Origin: a virus
Lineage: Duplodnaviria > Heunggongvirae > Uroviricota > Caudoviricetes
IMG/VR virus record: IMGVR_UViG_2706794673_000014
DNA: 39,783 bases
Strand: one strand, 5' to 3'
The notes beneath the pieces were generated by a model. That model did not search any database and was not told the DNA's origin. It saw nothing but the letters and a program-made list of their open reading frames with translations. The translations under genes and the position numbers were made by a program. Below, one piece after another: positions 35,981-39,783 of this stretch (position 1 is its first letter; each line of letters begins with the position of its first letter).

Positions 35981-38068
35981 TCAGGCCAGCGGATCACTTT
36001 CTTTTAATTTCGCTTCGAGCAGTTGCAATCCCCGCTGGAAATTACGCTCGTATTCTTCATCAGGTTCATCGTCAGCGACCGGTTGCTGAACGGTCACCGT
36101 ATTACCCACAGGGCGGTATATGTTTTCCAGCCAGGGCTCCTGCGGCTTGTGCTCCAGCACGTTGACAACCTCATCCTCGGCATCACGGATTTTTTCCTCT
36201 GCGCGTTTACGCATGCCTTTAAGGCGCTGCTGCTGTTTGTAGTATTCCGCGCTGACAGGGAAGGCTTCGCGTTTATTGCCGTCCCATACCGCCTCGCAAA
36301 TCACGCTGCCATCCGGGCGGCGCACGGTAATTCGTTCGGCATCATGAATGTCATAGCTGATAAGTACCTTACGGCCATGCTCGTCACGCAGCTCGGGCGC
36401 GTAGTAAATATTATTCAGCCAGCGTATTTCACAGCGTCTTACAGGGCGCTCCACCATCGGCCGGAACATATCCCGCAGTTCAACATCGGACAGCCATTCA
36501 ATTTCCGTGTCCTCTTCCGCCAGGCGTTTTTTTCTGAACTCCGCCGGGCTGTAATGTTTACCGTTCGGCTTCATGGGTAATTCATCGTGCGGCCGGTTGT
36601 TGTACCACTCAACACCGTCACGAATGGCATCAATCAGTTCAGACCAGGACGGTAAATCACGCATCGCTGACTGCTGCCGGGCGTTCAGCCGTTTGCCCTG
36701 TTGCAGGGCACTGAATGCCGAGCGTAAATCGCGGTTGGTTTTACGTAACGTCTCGCGATCTGCTCCTTTCCCGAAATAGGTGCGGTATTTACGGGCTATG
36801 CGCATCGGTAATGTGCGGTTAAGCCGTTCGATAATGCCCCGTCCCTGCGGATTACCGGCAATCCCTGTCGGGTGATTAATCCCCAGTCGTGGCAGTATCC
36901 CCACAATCTCCTTATCCAGGACGTCGGCGGTTTCCCCGGAGCCATTATCCGAGTAATACAGAAACGGTTTGCCATGATGGCGAATACCGTGCTGTATGGC
37001 ACCGGCTACGGCGAAAACATTTTCAGCCAGGTCAAGGCTCCAGCCCACCACAAAGCGCGTGCCACCGTCGATAACAAAGGTCACTTCCGGTGCGAATGGC
37101 CGCCCGTGAACCGGGTGCGCGCATTTCAGCTTCATGCCGTGACCGTCACCAATCCAGACATAATTCACCGGCATTCTGGACCAGTCGCGGCGCGTGAATC
37201 CCTCAAGCTGACGGTATTCACTGCCAGTTACCCGGCCTTTTTGTTTCACCACTTCCGGCAGTTTCTTCATTGCGCGGCGAATGGTGTCATAAGAGGGCAT
37301 GATATCGAGCATATAAGGCTCATCAGCGTGCCGGTGCTGCCATTCAGCAACAAAATCCTCGTAAGCCTCGGTCATTGGTCGGCCGTTTGACTGGCGATAC
37401 TGCGCCAGAAATTCGGGCAGCCAGTTAATATCTTCGGCTTTTATTTCCTGGCGTTTACCCGGTGCCAGTAAAAGCAGGCGTTCAGCGGCGTTCTGTGCCT
37501 TGTTAAAGGCCGCAATCCAGCGTTTCAGCGTGATTTCACTCAACGCGCGGCTGTTTCCCTTTTTGGCGTTCGCCGTCTCAACCATTGCCACAATGCGCTC
37601 GTCCAGTTGTGATCGTGCCAGGCTGTTAACGAGGAACCGGATAGCTTTAGCGCAGCTGAAACCGGGTTGTTGCGTGAATTTCAGCACCTCACTGACGATC
37701 GCAATGCGTGCGTCTGCCACCTGGCGCTGGTTTTCAGTCAGGGCATTGAGGCGTTCGACCATCAGTTGTGGTGATCCGCGATATGCCTCCACCGCATCAA
37801 CCACGGCAGACGAGCGTCTGGCCTTTGTCACCACCGGAGCCGGTGATTCATCGGCTTTTTGCGTCATCAGTTGCAGGGCATAACGTTCGCGTAATGCCTG
37901 CTGTGTCACTTCAGGTAAACAGTCAATGCTGTATTCAAAACCTTTAGCGCCTTTCTTGCGGCGTCTGCTGGTTTCGCTGGTTGCATACTTCCTGATTGAA
38001 TAGCGAACGCCTTGCTCCGTTCCCGGCATCCCCGGTAATCCAACCAGTTCTTTAACTGAAGCAAACAT
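35981..38068 (-). CDS. A: MuA-like DDE transposase
   Basis: 695-aa ORF between ner and B; N-terminal end-binding-like region; length and order as Mu A. Confidence 0.93.
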   Translation of the reverse strand: MFASVKELVGLPGMPGTEQGVRYSIRKYATSETSRRRKKGAKGFEYSIDCLPEVTQQALRERYALQLMTQKADESPAPVVTKARRSSAVVDAVEAYRGSPQLMVERLNALTENQRQVADARIAIVSEVLKFTQQPGFSCAKAIRFLVNSLARSQLDERIVAMVETANAKKGNSRALSEITLKRWIAAFNKAQNAAERLLLLAPGKRQEIKAEDINWLPEFLAQYRQSNGRPMTEAYEDFVAEWQHRHADEPYMLDIMPSYDTIRRAMKKLPEVVKQKGRVTGSEYRQLEGFTRRDWSRMPVNYVWIGDGHGMKLKCAHPVHGRPFAPEVTFVIDGGTRFVVGWSLDLAENVFAVAGAIQHGIRHHGKPFLYYSDNGSGETADVLDKEIVGILPRLGINHPTGIAGNPQGRGIIERLNRTLPMRIARKYRTYFGKGADRETLRKTNRDLRSAFSALQQGKRLNARQQSAMRDLPSWSELIDAIRDGVEWYNNRPHDELPMKPNGKHYSPAEFRKKRLAEEDTEIEWLSDVELRDMFRPMVERPVRRCEIRWLNNIYYAPELRDEHGRKVLISYDIHDAERITVRRPDGSVICEAVWDGNKREAFPVSAEYYKQQQRLKGMRKRAEEKIRDAEDEVVNVLEHKPQEPWLENIYRPVGNTVTVQQPVADDEPDEEYERNFQRGLQLLEAKLKESDPLA

Positions 38069-38070
38069 AA

Positions 38071-38301
38071 TTACGCGACCTTACGAATGTAGCGGCTGGG
38101 CCAAATCTCCTCGGGCGGCACCCCCAGGCATTCCGCGATAATCCCCTCATACTTGGGAACATGGCGGTATACCGCGTTGTACAGATTGTTCTGACCCACG
38201 CCAGCTTTACGGGCCAGCGCCCTCATGCTTCCTTCTCTGGCTCTGACTTCCCCCAAAATTCTTTGAGGATGCCAATCAGGCTTAACTTCATTTCTCGCCA
38301 T
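38071..38301 (-). CDS. ner: Ner-like DNA-binding regulator
   Basis: ...DWHPQRILGEVRAREGSMRALARKAGVGQNNLYNAV...EEIWPSRY matches recalled Mu Ner (DWH...IWPSRY). Confidence 0.9.
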   Translation of the reverse strand: MARNEVKPDWHPQRILGEVRAREGSMRALARKAGVGQNNLYNAVYRHVPKYEGIIAECLGVPPEEIWPSRYIRKVA

Positions 38302-38331
38302 GATTCATCTATCCTAAAAAGTTACGAAATT

Positions 38332-38353
38332 TGATAACTAAACTTAGTTATCA
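38332..38353. promoter_or_regulatory. Perfect 22-bp palindrome TGATAACTAA-AC-TTAGTTATCA in the ner/repressor intergenic region; putative operator
   Basis: Read directly; lies between divergent ner and repressor genes where Mu carries its operators. Confidence 0.5.
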
Positions 38354-38486
38354 AGTTTGATATAAGTATTGATCCACTTCTGCTTCATGTAAAGCAAAAA
38401 AAACATCTTTCTTTTGTCTATTGTGGATCAATGGTTGCTGACAACACTAAAAGTTAATAATTTCAAATTGATAGGAAGAAAAGAAA

Positions 38487-39032
38487 ATGAACAAGCAAAC
38501 AACAACATCTCTTTCTTTTCCTGGTGGTAGAAAAGAAAGCATTGCTGAGCGTCTGAAAAGGCTGATTGGCTCCCGCAGCGTCAGAGCTGCAGCAAGAGAT
38601 TGGGGGCTTTCATTTTCAACACTAAACAATTATCTGTCTCGTGGCACTGAGCCATCCTTAAGTGTCGCCCTTCAGATTGCGTCTATCGAAGGAGTAAGTG
38701 TTGAGTGGCTATGTGGATTCAGTGATGCATCACAAGTGAATCGGTGTGAGATCAAGGAAAATCAAGATGAAAGCAAGAAGATAATTATGACGATTATCAG
38801 CGCACTTGATGAAAAAGACTTAGAGCAGCTATCGAAAAATTTGGTTCTGAATGGAGCCAAGTACTTAGCTCGGTTGTTAGAGCCTGAAAATCAAGATCTA
38901 ATCCGCTTAGAAGGAAGGAAAAGAATAGCTGCATTACAGCTTGAAGGTATGTCTGACGAACGCGTCAGAGAGATTTTGGAAGAAACTGAGAGAAGTCGCA
39001 AATCTAACGCGGTAGAACCAAAAGCGGGTTAA
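38487..39032 (+). CDS. Prophage repressor (HTH DNA-binding protein, functional analogue of Mu c)
   Basis: Divergent from ner, reads toward the phage end as Mu c does; HTH-like AAARDWGLSFSTLNNYLSRGTEPSLSVALQIA; AT-rich. Confidence 0.75.
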   Translation: MNKQTTTSLSFPGGRKESIAERLKRLIGSRSVRAAARDWGLSFSTLNNYLSRGTEPSLSVALQIASIEGVSVEWLCGFSDASQVNRCEIKENQDESKKIIMTIISALDEKDLEQLSKNLVLNGAKYLARLLEPENQDLIRLEGRKRIAALQLEGMSDERVREILEETERSRKSNAVEPKAG

Positions 39033-39105
39033 TAGCATTAGCCCGCATTTTGCACTATATCGAGTATTTCGCATTGTTTGGAACGCCTTAAAAGACTAAA
39101 ACCAC

Positions 39106-39286
39106 AGTATCAAATGAGTTGCCGATTTTATAATAAATGACTAATTATTGCACAATCGGTATCAAATAGACCTTATCCGCACATCTAGCCATCACCTGTT
39201 TTATTTCAGTATCTTACAGGTGATTTCACCTCCTTTCACTAAACCCCTTGTCGGTATCAAATGATTCACCTGGTTATATGTCGCCA
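39106..39286. repeat. Left-end (attL-like) terminal repeat region: one GGTATCAAA motif at the terminus (39253-39261), two more 95 and 147 bp inward (39158-39166, 39106-39114)
   Basis: Inverted copies of the right-end motif; spacing (one terminal site, gap, two internal) matches Mu attL L1-L3. Confidence 0.7.
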
Positions 39287-39589
39287 GTCGATACCTTCCA
39301 GCAGCATCGCCAGCTGCGCCTGTGTAAGGAACACTTTGCCATCACGGGCTGACGGCCAGGCGAAGCGCCCACGCTCCAGCCGTTTGGTCAGGAGGCACAG
39401 TCCGTCACTGGTGGACCACAGCAGTTTAACCTGACTGCCGCTGCGGCCCCGGAAAATGAAAACATGGCCGGACATGGGATCGTCTTTCAGCGCCGTCTGT
39501 ACTTTCGCAGCCAGGCCGTTGAAGCCATTTCTCATATCGGTGATACCGGCAACCAGCCAAATTTTGATCCCGGAAGGTAACGGGATCAT
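39266..39589 (-). CDS. tnpB: IS66-family TnpB (Orf2); C-terminus may be altered by the prophage junction
   Basis: MIPLPSGIKIWLVAGITDMRNGFNGLAAKVQ...LWSTSDGLCLLTKRLERGRFAWP typical IS66 Orf2; ATGA overlap with upstream orf at 39586-39589. Confidence 0.9.
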   Translation of the reverse strand: MIPLPSGIKIWLVAGITDMRNGFNGLAAKVQTALKDDPMSGHVFIFRGRSGSQVKLLWSTSDGLCLLTKRLERGRFAWPSARDGKVFLTQAQLAMLLEGIDWRHITR

Positions 39590-39783
39590 CGCTTCAGTTC
39601 CTGTATCAGCAGAGTCAGGAGCTTTTCGCTGACATTGCCATTGAAGCGGAGCGTCCCGTGCCGGAACGTTACCTCACAGCTGATACTGAGGGTTTTCGGG
39701 TCCTCTGCGAGCGATTCTGGCTGTTCGGCAGCTGCATCGAGAGTCACAGGAAGTAGCTGGGGGCTCTCTGAAGAAGGTAATAG
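39586..39783 (-). CDS. tnpA: IS66-family TnpA (Orf1), 3' portion; 5' end beyond window
   Basis: Open minus-strand frame to window edge ending in TGA overlapping the tnpB ATG (classic IS66 orf1/orf2 arrangement). Confidence 0.7.
   Translation of the reverse strand, partial: LLPSSESPQLLPVTLDAAAEQPESLAEDPKTLSISCEVTFRHGTLRFNGNVSEKLLTLLIQELKR

Larger units (their letters stand above)
546..39286 (-). mobile_element. Mu-like transposable prophage (MuA/MuB type), reverse orientation, about 38.7 kb; exact termini uncertain by ~20-40 bp
   Basis: Complete Mu gene order c-ner-A-B-early region-gam-gemA-mor-lys-terminase-portal-head-tail-S-invertible segment-gin-com-mom; terminal TTTGATACC repeats in inverted orientation at both ends. 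Confidence 0.85.

Noticed and set aside
546-39282. TGTC at 546-549 and 39279-39282 as a target-site duplication
   Set aside because: Only 4 bp match where Mu-type transposition gives 5 bp; the termini would then not be TG...CA; and the IS66 flanks are not contiguous, so a simple insertion is unlikely. Possibly coincidental.
1-39783. CRISPR arrays, tRNA or rRNA genes
   Set aside because: No regularly spaced direct repeats and no tRNA-like or rRNA-like sequence were seen; the only short repeats are the phage-end transposase-binding motifs and the gix-flanking inverted repeats.

Overview
Almost the whole window is one Mu-like transposable prophage of about 38.7 kb, lying in reverse orientation (most genes on the minus strand) and flanked by fragments of an IS66-family insertion sequence (tnpC 3' fragment at 1-459; tnpB and partial tnpA at 39266-39783). 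Reading from the high-coordinate end (attL-like): repressor (+), ner, A transposase, B ATPase, a ~4.7 kb early accessory region (includes gam, gemA and a Mor-like activator), a lysis cassette (SAR endolysin, overlapped spanins, TraR-like zinc finger, gp25-like membrane protein), terminase, portal and head genes, contractile tail and baseplate genes, a tail fibre gene whose 3' end sits in a ~1.3 kb invertible segment bounded by gix-like sites, gin invertase, a ~3.4 kb cargo island (NanS-like SGNH esterase plus small ORFs), then com-mom next to the attR-like end. The two termini carry TTTGATAC(C/T) repeats in the asymmetric spacing known for Mu attL and attR. Six runs of N (8591-8848, 15477-15762, 15853-16102, 16832-17081, 29258-29520, 33993-34249) interrupt the baseplate J-like gene, tail tube and sheath, the mor-like gene and one early gene. 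No rRNA, tRNA or CRISPR array was seen. All function calls rest on recalled similarity to phage Mu proteins, sequence motifs and gene order; no database search was run. The best candidates for something undescribed are the cargo island between gin and com, and an AT-rich convergent gene pair inserted in the early region.
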